A stretch of 35,749 nt of DNA from Sandaracinaceae bacterium (GCA_947483975.1 CANKOL010000008.1:1-35749), one strand, 5' to 3'. Numbered from the stretch's first letter, positions 17,812 to 25,517 are shown. Notes: generated from the letters alone by a model not told the origin. Numbers and translations: made by a program.

Positions 17812-18084
17812 GAGCTGTTCAACAGGTCGCCCGAGGTCGCGTCACCGTCGCCTGACCTGTTCAACAGGTCGCCGGAGGTCGCGGCACCGTCGACCGACCT
17901 GTTCAACAGGTCCGCCCGCGGTCGCGGCACCGTCGACCGACCTGTTCAACAGGTCCGCCCGCGGTCGCGGCACCGTCACCTGACCTGTTCAACAGGTCCG
18001 CCCGCGGTCGCGGCACCGTCACCTGACCTGTTCAGCAGGTCCATGCGCGGTCAGCACACCGTCGCCTGACCTGTTCAACAGGTC
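17812..18084. repeat. Tandem array of seven 17-bp palindromes (GACCTGTT-C-AACAGGTC) with 42-43 bp period
   Basis: Copies start at 17812 (GAGCTG variant), 17854, 17896, 17939, 17982, 18025 (TTCAGCAGG variant) and 18068; the 25-26 nt linkers are homologous to each other. Confidence 0.97.
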
Positions 18085-18099
18085 GGCGGGCGGTTTCGA

Positions 18100-18121
18100 C
18101 GCCTTCGCCGGTGCGAAGGCG
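18100..18121. other. 9-bp hairpin between the repeat array and the RNA candidate
   Basis: CGCCTTCGC-CGGT-GCGAAGGCG; no U-tract; possible terminator or processing boundary. Confidence 0.5.
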
Positions 18122-18123
18122 CG

Positions 18124-18323
18124 CCGCCCCGGGTAGCTCGTCGAAGGGGAACAAGCTCGAACAACCTCAACCTTGGTCGGGGGCGACCCCACCCACGTTG
18201 AGGTCGACCCAGCCGGGCCGGAGGCGATTCTGCCCGAAATTGTTCAGGAATAGACTGGCCCAGCGTACAGGTCGCGCTGACCGAGGATGGCCTCCGCGGG
18301 GATCCGACCTAGCTACAGAGCGG
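18124..18323 (-). ncRNA. Candidate structured non-coding RNA (~200 nt), family not recognised
   Basis: Ends pair in three stacked segments (18317-18323/18124-18130, 18311-18316/18133-18138, 18303-18308/18140-18145) enclosing four internal stems; several pairs are G-U on the minus strand but A-C on the plus strand; no credible ORF. Confidence 0.6.
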
Positions 18324-18401
18324 TATCGGCTCGCAGTTTCGTGTCGCTGCACGGGCGAGCCCATCGGCCACCGCGCCGATCGGACGTCGCGCTGAGGCGT
18401 C

Positions 18402-21332
18402 TCAGCCGCCGAGCACCGGTGCGACGCGAGAGAGGCGCTCGAGGCCCTCGGGGCGGACGGCGAAGAGGAGCGCGTGACCGTCGATGGCGCCTGGGGTCCA
18501 GGGCGCGAAGGCGTGCCGGCCGGGGTAGTAGAAGCAGACGGTGTGCCCGGCGCGCGCGAGGGCGTCACAGGCGGCGCGAGGCTCGGAGCCGGGGACGACC
18601 TGCGCGACGAAGAGCGTCGCGGGGAGCGAGCGCGCGGCGGCGATGAGCGCTTCGACGTCGGTCTCCGCGCCGCTGTCTGCGCGGAGGCGCACGACGTCGG
18701 GGGCGGCCTCCGCGAAGAGCCCCGCCAGCGTGCGGTCGCGCGAGACGACGCGGACGTTCGAGTGACGCGCGGCGTTCACGCGCAGAAACGGAGCCTCTGC
18801 GGGCGAAGACGCGACGGTCGTGACGGCGCCGCGCGCGCCGACGACGAGCGCCGCGCTGACGGCGTACGCGCCGACCCCGCCGTCGAGGTCGAGCACGCGG
18901 TCGCCGTCGTCGAGCACCAGGCGCAGCACCGCGAGGTCGGGGTCGTACCAGTCGCCCTGCTCGAGCAGCGCGAAGGTGCCGGCGTGCGTGAAGGTGCCGG
19001 GCACGCTGAGCTCCGTGCCTTGAAAAGCGAGAGTGAGGCTCGGCTGCTCCGCGCCCGCGAGCGCGAGGGCCGCGTCGAAGCGTGGGTCCGTGGCGAACGC
19101 GCGCGCCGCCTCGAAGGCCGCTCGCACGGCAGCAGGCACGGGCTTGCCGGCCGCGCGCGCCTCGAGCGCGAAGAGCAGCCCGAAGCGGAAGTACGCCTCG
19201 GCGTTGGTCGGCTCGAGCTCTGCCCAGCGCAGCAGCAGCTCGTGGGGGCCCTGCCGCTCGAAGAACATCGAGTCGGCCGCGTACGAGAGGCATTGCCGCA
19301 GGAGCAGCCCCTCGACGCTCGGGGCGCCCCACTCGAGCAGCAGCAGCGGCGGGACCGCGCCCTCGGGCTCACCGCGTCGCAGCGCCTCGTATGCGCGCCG
19401 CGCATACGCCGCGGCCTCTCTGCGGCGACGCAGCTTGCCCGTCGCGTCGGCGAGCAGCGCAAGCTCAGCGACGCTCAGCGCGGAGCGACTGACGCGCGGC
19501 TCGCGGGCGCTCGCCTCCGCGGGCACCTCGAGGCGCGCGCTGAGCGTCGCCGGCGGGAGGCCGCGACACCAGCCGATCCACGCCTCGCGATAGACGCGCT
19601 CGAGGTCGTCGGTGAACGAGGCGCCGTCGGTCAGGCCGCGCTCGACGACGGTCGCGCGGAGCGTGCGCCGAAGCTCGGCGAGCCGGTCGAGATCACCGGC
19701 GAGCAGCGCCGCCTGCTCGACGTACGCGTCGCGCGTCGCGGCGGCCCACTCCGGGCGCCCGAGGCGGGAGAGCAGGCTGAGCCCGACGCGCGCGGCGTGC
19801 GCCCGGCCGACCAGCGACACCACCGGCACGCCCATCCAGAGCGCCTCGCAGGTGGTCGTCGTCCCGTTGTAGGGGAACGTGTCGAGCGCGAGGTCGACCT
19901 CGCCGTAGACCGCGAGGTGGCTCGTGCGCGCCGCCTCCCACGGGCGTAGCTCGAGCCGCGTCGCGTCGACGCCGTGCCGCGCGAACGCGTCGACGTAGCG
20001 GCGCCGCACCTCGGGGTCCGCGAACGGCTGCCCCTTCAGCAGCAAGCGCGAGCCGGGCACGCGCAGCAGCACCGCCGCCCACGTCGAGAGCACCTCGTCA
20101 TCGATCTTCGAGGTCGCGTTGAACGAGCCGAACGTCACGCGCCCCGCGCGGAGGGCGGGGAGCGGCGCGACGTCGGGCGCATCGTAGGGCGGCGTGTAGA
20201 CGAGAAAGCCGTGCGGGAGCCGCACGAGCGTCTCGGTGCTGAGCGCGGCGCTCTCTGGCGGGTCGGTCCAGCGGTCGACCAGGCGATACTGGATGGAGCG
20301 CAGCCCGGTCGTGCCCGGATAGCCGAGGTACGTCAGCTGCACGGGCGCCGGGCGCAGCGCGAGCACGCCGAGCCGGCAGTCCTCGGTGTGCCCCGCAAGC
20401 TCGACGAGGACGTCGATCTCGTCGCGGGCGATCAGCGCGGCGACCTGCCCATCGCTCAGCCCGACGACGGGGCGCCAGGCATGCGCCCAAGCCTCGAAGC
20501 GCGTGGTCGTCGCGTCGGGGCGCGCGACGTCCGAATACGCGTAGACGCGAAACTCGCGCGGGTCGTGCTCGGCGAAGATCCCCTCGAGGAAGTACGCGAC
20601 CGAGTGGGTCCGGAAGTCGGCCGAGAGATAGCCGATGCGCAGCGGACGCCGCTCGTCGGGGGTGTTGGTGTGGCTCGGCGCGGACGCGCGCGGCTCGTGC
20701 GCCTCGCCCCAGCGGCGGTGCTCGTCGAAGACGGTCTCGGGCGCGACGTTGCTCGGGTAGTGCAGCGTCAGGAGGAAGTTCGAGCGGACGCTCGCGTGCT
20801 CAGGGGCGAGCGCCACCGCCCGACGATGGAGGGCGACCGCCTCGTCGAGGCGCCCGACGCTCCGCAGCAGCGCGCCGAGGTTGCTCATCGCCTCGACGTT
20901 CGCGGGGTCGAGCGCGAGCGCGCGCTCGAAGGCGCGGATCGCCTCGCCGCTGCGCCCGAGGCGGCGGAGCGTCAGCGCGAGGTTGTTGTGGAGCGACGTT
21001 CGCTGCGGGTCGATCGCGAGCCCGCGGCGGTAGCTCTCGAGGGCGTCGTCGTAGCGCCCGAGGGCGTGGAGCACGTTGCCGCGGTTGCCGAGCACGCCGG
21101 CCGCGCGCGGCTCGAGCAGGAGCGCGGCGTCGAAGCACGCGAGCGCCTCGTCGTAGCGGCCGCGCTGCTGCTGCAATAGCCCGAGCGCGTTCGGGATCTC
21201 CCAGCGCGTCGGATCGAGCGCGGCGGCCTCCGCGTAGCGCGCCTGGGCGGCGTGCCACTCCCCGGCGCGCGCGTGCTCGCCGGCGCGCTCGAAGGCGCGT
21301 TCCACGGCGTGCGCGTCGGGCGGGCGAAGCAC
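18402..21332 (-). CDS. TPR-repeat GT41 (SPINDLY/OGT-like) glycosyltransferase with C-terminal extension ending in an FkbM-like methyltransferase fold
   Basis: Likely GTG start 21332 (the track's 21566 start overlaps the upstream gene); TPRs; LRIGYLSADFRTHSV, IDVLVELAGHT, PAPVQLTYLGYPGTTG, TFGSFN..SK, DTFPYNGTTTTCEALWMGVPVV; the tail has LLEQGDWYDPD and VLDLDGGVGAYA. Confidence 0.88.
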   Translation of the reverse strand: MLRPPDAHAVERAFERAGEHARAGEWHAAQARYAEAAALDPTRWEIPNALGLLQQQRGRYDEALACFDAALLLEPRAAGVLGNRGNVLHALGRYDDALESYRRGLAIDPQRTSLHNNLALTLRRLGRSGEAIRAFERALALDPANVEAMSNLGALLRSVGRLDEAVALHRRAVALAPEHASVRSNFLLTLHYPSNVAPETVFDEHRRWGEAHEPRASAPSHTNTPDERRPLRIGYLSADFRTHSVAYFLEGIFAEHDPREFRVYAYSDVARPDATTTRFEAWAHAWRPVVGLSDGQVAALIARDEIDVLVELAGHTEDCRLGVLALRPAPVQLTYLGYPGTTGLRSIQYRLVDRWTDPPESAALSTETLVRLPHGFLVYTPPYDAPDVAPLPALRAGRVTFGSFNATSKIDDEVLSTWAAVLLRVPGSRLLLKGQPFADPEVRRRYVDAFARHGVDATRLELRPWEAARTSHLAVYGEVDLALDTFPYNGTTTTCEALWMGVPVVSLVGRAHAARVGLSLLSRLGRPEWAAATRDAYVEQAALLAGDLDRLAELRRTLRATVVERGLTDGASFTDDLERVYREAWIGWCRGLPPATLSARLEVPAEASAREPRVSRSALSVAELALLADATGKLRRRREAAAYARRAYEALRRGEPEGAVPPLLLLEWGAPSVEGLLLRQCLSYAADSMFFERQGPHELLLRWAELEPTNAEAYFRFGLLFALEARAAGKPVPAAVRAAFEAARAFATDPRFDAALALAGAEQPSLTLAFQGTELSVPGTFTHAGTFALLEQGDWYDPDLAVLRLVLDDGDRVLDLDGGVGAYAVSAALVVGARGAVTTVASSPAEAPFLRVNAARHSNVRVVSRDRTLAGLFAEAAPDVVRLRADSGAETDVEALIAAARSLPATLFVAQVVPGSEPRAACDALARAGHTVCFYYPGRHAFAPWTPGAIDGHALLFAVRPEGLERLSRVAPVLGG

Positions 21333-21382
21333 GGAGCGACGGTGCAGGACCGTCCGGGGGAAGTCAAAGTCGGGACCAGTGC

Positions 21383-21416
21383 GCGCCGCTGCGCCGATGC
21401 GCCGCTGCGCCGCTGC
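21383..21416. repeat. Short tandem repeat (GCGCCGCT)x4 between the two GT41 genes
   Basis: gcgccgct gcgccgat gcgccgct gcgccgct gc. Confidence 0.7.
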
Positions 21417-21426
21417 TTCGACGGCG

Positions 21427-23205
21427 CTACGGCGCGGCGCTCGCCTCGAACGCGGCGAGGAGCGCCGCCTCGAACGCTCGCGTGACCCGCGCGCCGTCCG
21501 TGATGCCCGAGCGCAGCAAGCGCTCCCGCGCGCTCGCCCGCAGGTCCACGCGCCGCGGCGTGTCACGCAGCAGCTCCCGCGCCTTCTGCACGTACTCGTC
21601 GTCGCTGAGGGCGATGTGCTCGCTCAGCCCGAGGCGCGACAGCAGGCTCACGCCGACGCGCGAGACGTGCGCGTCGCCCGCGAGCGTCACGACGGGCACG
21701 CCCATCCAGAGCGCGTCGCAGGTCGTCGTCGTGCCGTGATAGGGAAACGAGTCGAGCGCGACGTCGACCTGCCCGTACGCGGCGAGGTGCCCGTCGAGCG
21801 CGGCCACGTGCCCGAGCAGCACGACGCGGTCGAGCGCGATCCCGTGCGCGACGAGGCGCTGCTCGACGAGCCTGCGCGTCGCCGGGTGCGAGAGGAAGCT
21901 CTCCTTGAGGAGCAGCCGAGCCTCGGGCGTCGCGGCGAGCAGACGGCTCCACAGCGCGAGCGTGCGCTCGGAGAGCTTGGCGAGCGCGTTGAAGGAGCCG
22001 AACGTCGGCGGGGCGCCCGTCGTCGACGGCGGAGCCACGACGTCGGGGCTCGGCGCGGGGGGTCGGTAGCAGAGAAAGCCGCTCTCGAGCCGCAGGAGAC
22101 GCTCGGTGTGCAGGGCGTCGTCGGCGGTGCCCGGGTCCGCCCACGCGTCGGTCAGCCGGAAGTCGACGCTCGCGAGGCCGGTCGTGTTCGGATAGCCGAG
22201 GTACGTCAGCTGAACGGGCGTCGGCCTTCGGGCGAAGACGCCGAGACGGTTGCCCTGCGTGTGGCCGCCGAGGTCGACCAGCACGTCGAGCGCGTCGCGC
22301 CGGAGCTGGGCGGCGAGCGCGTCGTCGTCGAGGCCGGCGGCCTCGGTGAACGTCGAGAAATGCGGCCGGAGGCGCGCGGTGACCTCGTCCGAGGCGCGCG
22401 ACGCGCTGTACGCGTGAAGCTCGAAGCGCTCCCGGTCGAAGTGCTCGAGCAGCGGCTCGAGGAAGAACGCGACGGAGTGCTTCCGTAGGTCCGCGGAGAC
22501 GAAGCCGACGCGCAGCTTGCGGCCCTCGAGCGGGCGCCGAGCCTGCGGCGGGAGCGGCTGCGCGAGCTGCGCGGCGACCTCGCCGTAGCGCCTGTGCGCG
22601 GCGAAGATCGTGTCGCGGCCGCGCTCGCTCGAGTAGTGCATCAGCATCAGCAGATTGTCGTAGTAAGAGAGCTCCGCGGGGGCGAGCGCGACGGCGCGCT
22701 CGAGGTGCGGCAGCGCGCGCGCGTGCAGCCCGAGCGACGAGCACACGAGGCCGAGGTTGCTGTGCACGCCGGCGTCGTTCGGGTCGAGCGCGAGGGAGCG
22801 CTCGAGGAGCTGCAGCGCCTCGTCGAGCTCGCCCGTGGCGCGCAGCACGCCGCCCAAATTGCGCAGCACGAGCGGGTGATTGGGATCGTTGCGGAGGGCC
22901 GCCCGCAGCTGCACGGCGGCCTCCTCCGCTGCGCCGCGCTGACCGAGCAGCACGCCGAGGTTCACGCGCGCCTCGAACGCGTCCGCGTCGATCGAGATGG
23001 AGCGACCGTACGCTTGCTCGGCCGCCGCGAACTCGCCGCGCGCGGCGTGCACCTTCGCGAGCACGAGCCACGCGAGCGGGCTGCGCGGCTCCTTGCGCAG
23101 GATCGCGCGGACCGCCTTCTCTGCCTCGGGCAGCCGCCCTCCCCGACGCAGCGCGTCGGCCTGCACGAGGTCGCGGTGCACGCGCGCGTCGTGCGGGTTG
23201 GCCAT
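21427..23205 (-). CDS. TPR-repeat GT41 (SPINDLY/OGT-like) glycosyltransferase
   Basis: TPRs, then LRVGFVSADLRKHSV, LDVLVDLGGHT, PTPVQLTYLGYPNTTG, TFGSFNALAK, DSFPYHGTTTTCDALWMGVPVV. Confidence 0.9.
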   Translation of the reverse strand: MANPHDARVHRDLVQADALRRGGRLPEAEKAVRAILRKEPRSPLAWLVLAKVHAARGEFAAAEQAYGRSISIDADAFEARVNLGVLLGQRGAAEEAAVQLRAALRNDPNHPLVLRNLGGVLRATGELDEALQLLERSLALDPNDAGVHSNLGLVCSSLGLHARALPHLERAVALAPAELSYYDNLLMLMHYSSERGRDTIFAAHRRYGEVAAQLAQPLPPQARRPLEGRKLRVGFVSADLRKHSVAFFLEPLLEHFDRERFELHAYSASRASDEVTARLRPHFSTFTEAAGLDDDALAAQLRRDALDVLVDLGGHTQGNRLGVFARRPTPVQLTYLGYPNTTGLASVDFRLTDAWADPGTADDALHTERLLRLESGFLCYRPPAPSPDVVAPPSTTGAPPTFGSFNALAKLSERTLALWSRLLAATPEARLLLKESFLSHPATRRLVEQRLVAHGIALDRVVLLGHVAALDGHLAAYGQVDVALDSFPYHGTTTTCDALWMGVPVVTLAGDAHVSRVGVSLLSRLGLSEHIALSDDEYVQKARELLRDTPRRVDLRASARERLLRSGITDGARVTRAFEAALLAAFEASAAP

Positions 23206-23302
23206 CGCCCTACGCCCCCTGTCGTCGAGGGCCCGCCGAGCGAGCGCAGAGGCGTGGAGAGCGCGCGAGAACCCCGAGACTCACGCGGCGATGCTGCGAG
23301 CG

Positions 23303-23332
23303 GCCCCGAGCGAAGTCAACGGCGCTCGGGGC
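23303..23332. other. Perfect 10-bp hairpin in the GMC-GT41 intergenic region
   Basis: GCCCCGAGCG-AAGTCAACGG-CGCTCGGGGC, about 35 nt past the GMC stop. Confidence 0.6.
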
Positions 23333-23367
23333 GTGCGTCGCGCACCGCTTCGTGGACTCACCCGCGC

Positions 23368-24912
23368 TCATGCGGCGTGCCCGCCGAGGTCCTCGACGAC
23401 GTGCCGCGCGACGCGCATCGCGAGCGCGTAGATGCCGATCTGCGGCGGGCCACCGAGCGACGTCGGGAACAGCGAGCCGTCGACGACGTAGACGGCGCGC
23501 ATCGTGTGGTGCCGTCCGCGCTCGTCGACGACGCTCGTCGCCGGGTCGGCGCCCATGCGCAGCGTGCCCATCGGATGCACCGCAGTCAGGCGCGCGTCGT
23601 GCGGGGCGAAACGCGACGGGAGCAGCTGATCGAGGTCGCGCTCCGTGCGGATGGTGATCGCAGGCAGCGCGGGGACGAGCACTTCCGTCGCGCCGGCGGC
23701 GAGCAAGATGCGCGCAGCGGCGCGCGCGCCGAGGGCGAGCTGCGCGCGGTCGGCTTCGTTGGGCACGTACGCGATGCGCACGCGGTCGCCGTCGAGCGTG
23801 ACGCGCCCCTCGGTCTCGTCGTGCACCATCGCCGCGAGCCCGACGAGGTGCGCGTAGCGGCGCAGCTGCCGAAAGAGCCCCGGACCAAAACCCGGGACGA
23901 GCGACGCCGTGCCGACGGGGTGCGCGAACGACGGTACGATCCACACGCGCTTGTCCGAGCCCGGGCGCAGGTCGAGCAGCTCCGTGCACTCGACGCTCTG
24001 CGGGATGCCGCGCCACGCCTCGACGCGCTCTTCGAAGACGCCCGCGACCGCGACGCCCGGATGCAGGCGCAGCCCGCGCCCGAGCTGCGCGTGCGGGTCG
24101 AGCAGCTCGCTCCGCAGCGCGATGGTCGCAGAGCCGATCGCGCTGCCCGCGAGACACAGCGCCTTCGCGCGCACCGAGAGCGTGCCGCGCACACCGCCCT
24201 TCCCGTCGCCGATGGTCGCGCGCAATTCGCGCAGCTCGCCGCGCTCGGTGCGAAAGCGGTCGACGCGCGTGTCGGTGTAGACGGTCGCCCCCGCGGCGAC
24301 GGCCTGCGGCACGAGCACGCGGCGCGCGTTGAGCTTCGCGTCGTAGGCGCAGCCGAGCTCGCAGAAGCCGCTGCCGACGCAGCGCTCGTCGCGGTTGTGC
24401 GAGAGGCGCCCGCCGCGGAAGCCGAGGCGGTGAATCCCGCGCTCGAAGATGCGGTTGGCCGCGTTGACCTGCGCGTCGCGGATCGGCGTCACGGAGAGCA
24501 GGCGCTCGACCTCGGTGAAGAGCGGCGCGAGCGCGGCGTCGGTGAGCCCCGTGAGCCCGTGCTCGTCGCGCCAGCGCGCGAGGATCTCCGGCGCGATGCG
24601 CTTGCAGAGGTTGGTGTTGTGCACCGTCGAGCCGCCGAGCCCGCGCCCGGACAGCACGAGGATGGCGAGGTCCTCCGTGTGCCGCCCGCCGAGCTCTTGG
24701 AAGAGCTCCGGGATCATCTCGTCCTCGCGCTGCGTGAAGTCCGCAGGCGCGTGGTCGCCGCCCTCCTCGAGCAGCACGACCGCGAGCCCGGCGCGCGCGA
24801 GCTCCCGCGCGGCCATCGAGCCACCCGCGCCTCCGCCGCAGACGACGACGTCGCACGTCTCGGAGCGGTCGCCGGGCGCGAGGTCGCGGCCGCGCACGAG
24901 CTGCCCGCTCAT
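23368..24912 (-). CDS. GMC family flavoprotein oxidoreductase
   Basis: ATG 24912 overlaps the upstream stop (ATGA); DVVVCGGGAGG...VVLLEEG FAD motif, GRGLGGSTV.N, CVGSGFCELGC, HPMGT.RMG, VVDGSLFPTSLG..P. Confidence 0.92.
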   Translation of the reverse strand: MSGQLVRGRDLAPGDRSETCDVVVCGGGAGGSMAARELARAGLAVVLLEEGGDHAPADFTQREDEMIPELFQELGGRHTEDLAILVLSGRGLGGSTVHNTNLCKRIAPEILARWRDEHGLTGLTDAALAPLFTEVERLLSVTPIRDAQVNAANRIFERGIHRLGFRGGRLSHNRDERCVGSGFCELGCAYDAKLNARRVLVPQAVAAGATVYTDTRVDRFRTERGELRELRATIGDGKGGVRGTLSVRAKALCLAGSAIGSATIALRSELLDPHAQLGRGLRLHPGVAVAGVFEERVEAWRGIPQSVECTELLDLRPGSDKRVWIVPSFAHPVGTASLVPGFGPGLFRQLRRYAHLVGLAAMVHDETEGRVTLDGDRVRIAYVPNEADRAQLALGARAAARILLAAGATEVLVPALPAITIRTERDLDQLLPSRFAPHDARLTAVHPMGTLRMGADPATSVVDERGRHHTMRAVYVVDGSLFPTSLGGPPQIGIYALAMRVARHVVEDLGGHAA

Positions 24913-25517
24913 CGGCTGTGCTCCCGCGCGCCGCCCCGCGCGGCCTCGCTCCAGCCGCGCGCCGGGCGCCCGACGGTCGGCCCATCGTAGCCGAGGCCGG
25001 CCCACGTCCGCGCATCGCGGAAGTACCCCATCACGCACAGGCTCTTGAGCGCCTCGAACGCCCCGCGCACGAGGTCGACCGAGCTCGTCATCATCGCGTC
25101 GAGCACGGCGTCCTGCGCGACGCCGTCGAGCCGCGTGAAGCGCGCAGCGTGCCCGCCGCTGCGGGGAAACGCGTGCTCAACGAGCTGCAAGAGGCGCAGC
25201 AGATCGGTGCGATTCGCGGCGTCGAGCCGCGCGACGAGGCCGTCGATGAACAGCGCGACGTCGACGTCGCCCGCGCTCGGCATATCCGCGGCGTCGACGC
25301 GCAGGATGCGCGCCGCGATGGCGGCGACGATCAGGTACTCCTTCGGGGAGAGCGCGCGGAGCTTCGCTACGGTGTCGTCCGAGACGTCGTAGCCGCCCGT
25401 CTGCCACGCGAACAGCCCGCCCGCGGCGAGCGCGGCGACGCCCATCAGCCCGAGGCGCAAGAAGCGCCGACGACCGCGGGACGGTGGCGCGCCGGCTGGC
25501 TTCTTCGGCTCGCTCAT
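24909..25517 (-). CDS. Tat-exported accessory subunit, gluconate 2-dehydrogenase subunit 3-like
   Basis: GRRRFL twin-arginine motif plus hydrophobic stretch; 'RFTRL....QD.VL' and 'F..LK.L...GYF.D...W..LGY.GP'; coupled to the GMC gene. Confidence 0.75.
   Translation of the reverse strand: MSEPKKPAGAPPSRGRRRFLRLGLMGVAALAAGGLFAWQTGGYDVSDDTVAKLRALSPKEYLIVAAIAARILRVDAADMPSAGDVDVALFIDGLVARLDAANRTDLLRLLQLVEHAFPRSGGHAARFTRLDGVAQDAVLDAMMTSSVDLVRGAFEALKSLCVMGYFRDARTWAGLGYDGPTVGRPARGWSEAARGGAREHSR

Noticed and set aside
17161..18069. 302-aa ORF with PDLFNRS repeats, and reverse ORF 17634-17930
   Set aside because: It overlaps gmk out of frame, and the 43-bp units shift frame, so the peptide repeat is a by-product of the DNA repeat.
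17812..18084. CRISPR array interpretation of the palindromic repeats
   Set aside because: The intervening sequences are homologous (two are identical), the conserved unit is only 17 bp, and there are no cas genes or AT-rich leader.
18232..18248. Myxococcus-type LexA box around GTTCAGG
   Set aside because: Only the right half matches; the required CTR left half is absent.
18124..18323. Assignment as RNase P RNA, tmRNA, SRP RNA, cobalamin riboswitch, retron msr-msd or 6S RNA
   Set aside because: Hallmark motifs of the first four are absent and no reverse transcriptase is nearby. A GGGCCAGUC..CCUGA stretch loosely recalls 6S RNA, but the fold I see is multibranched rather than rod-like. 6S is not formally excluded without cmscan.
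18111..18568. Short ORFs 18111-18395 (+) and 18167-18568 (-) across the RNA candidate
   Set aside because: No RBS, atypical codon usage and no motifs; the pairing pattern explains the region better.
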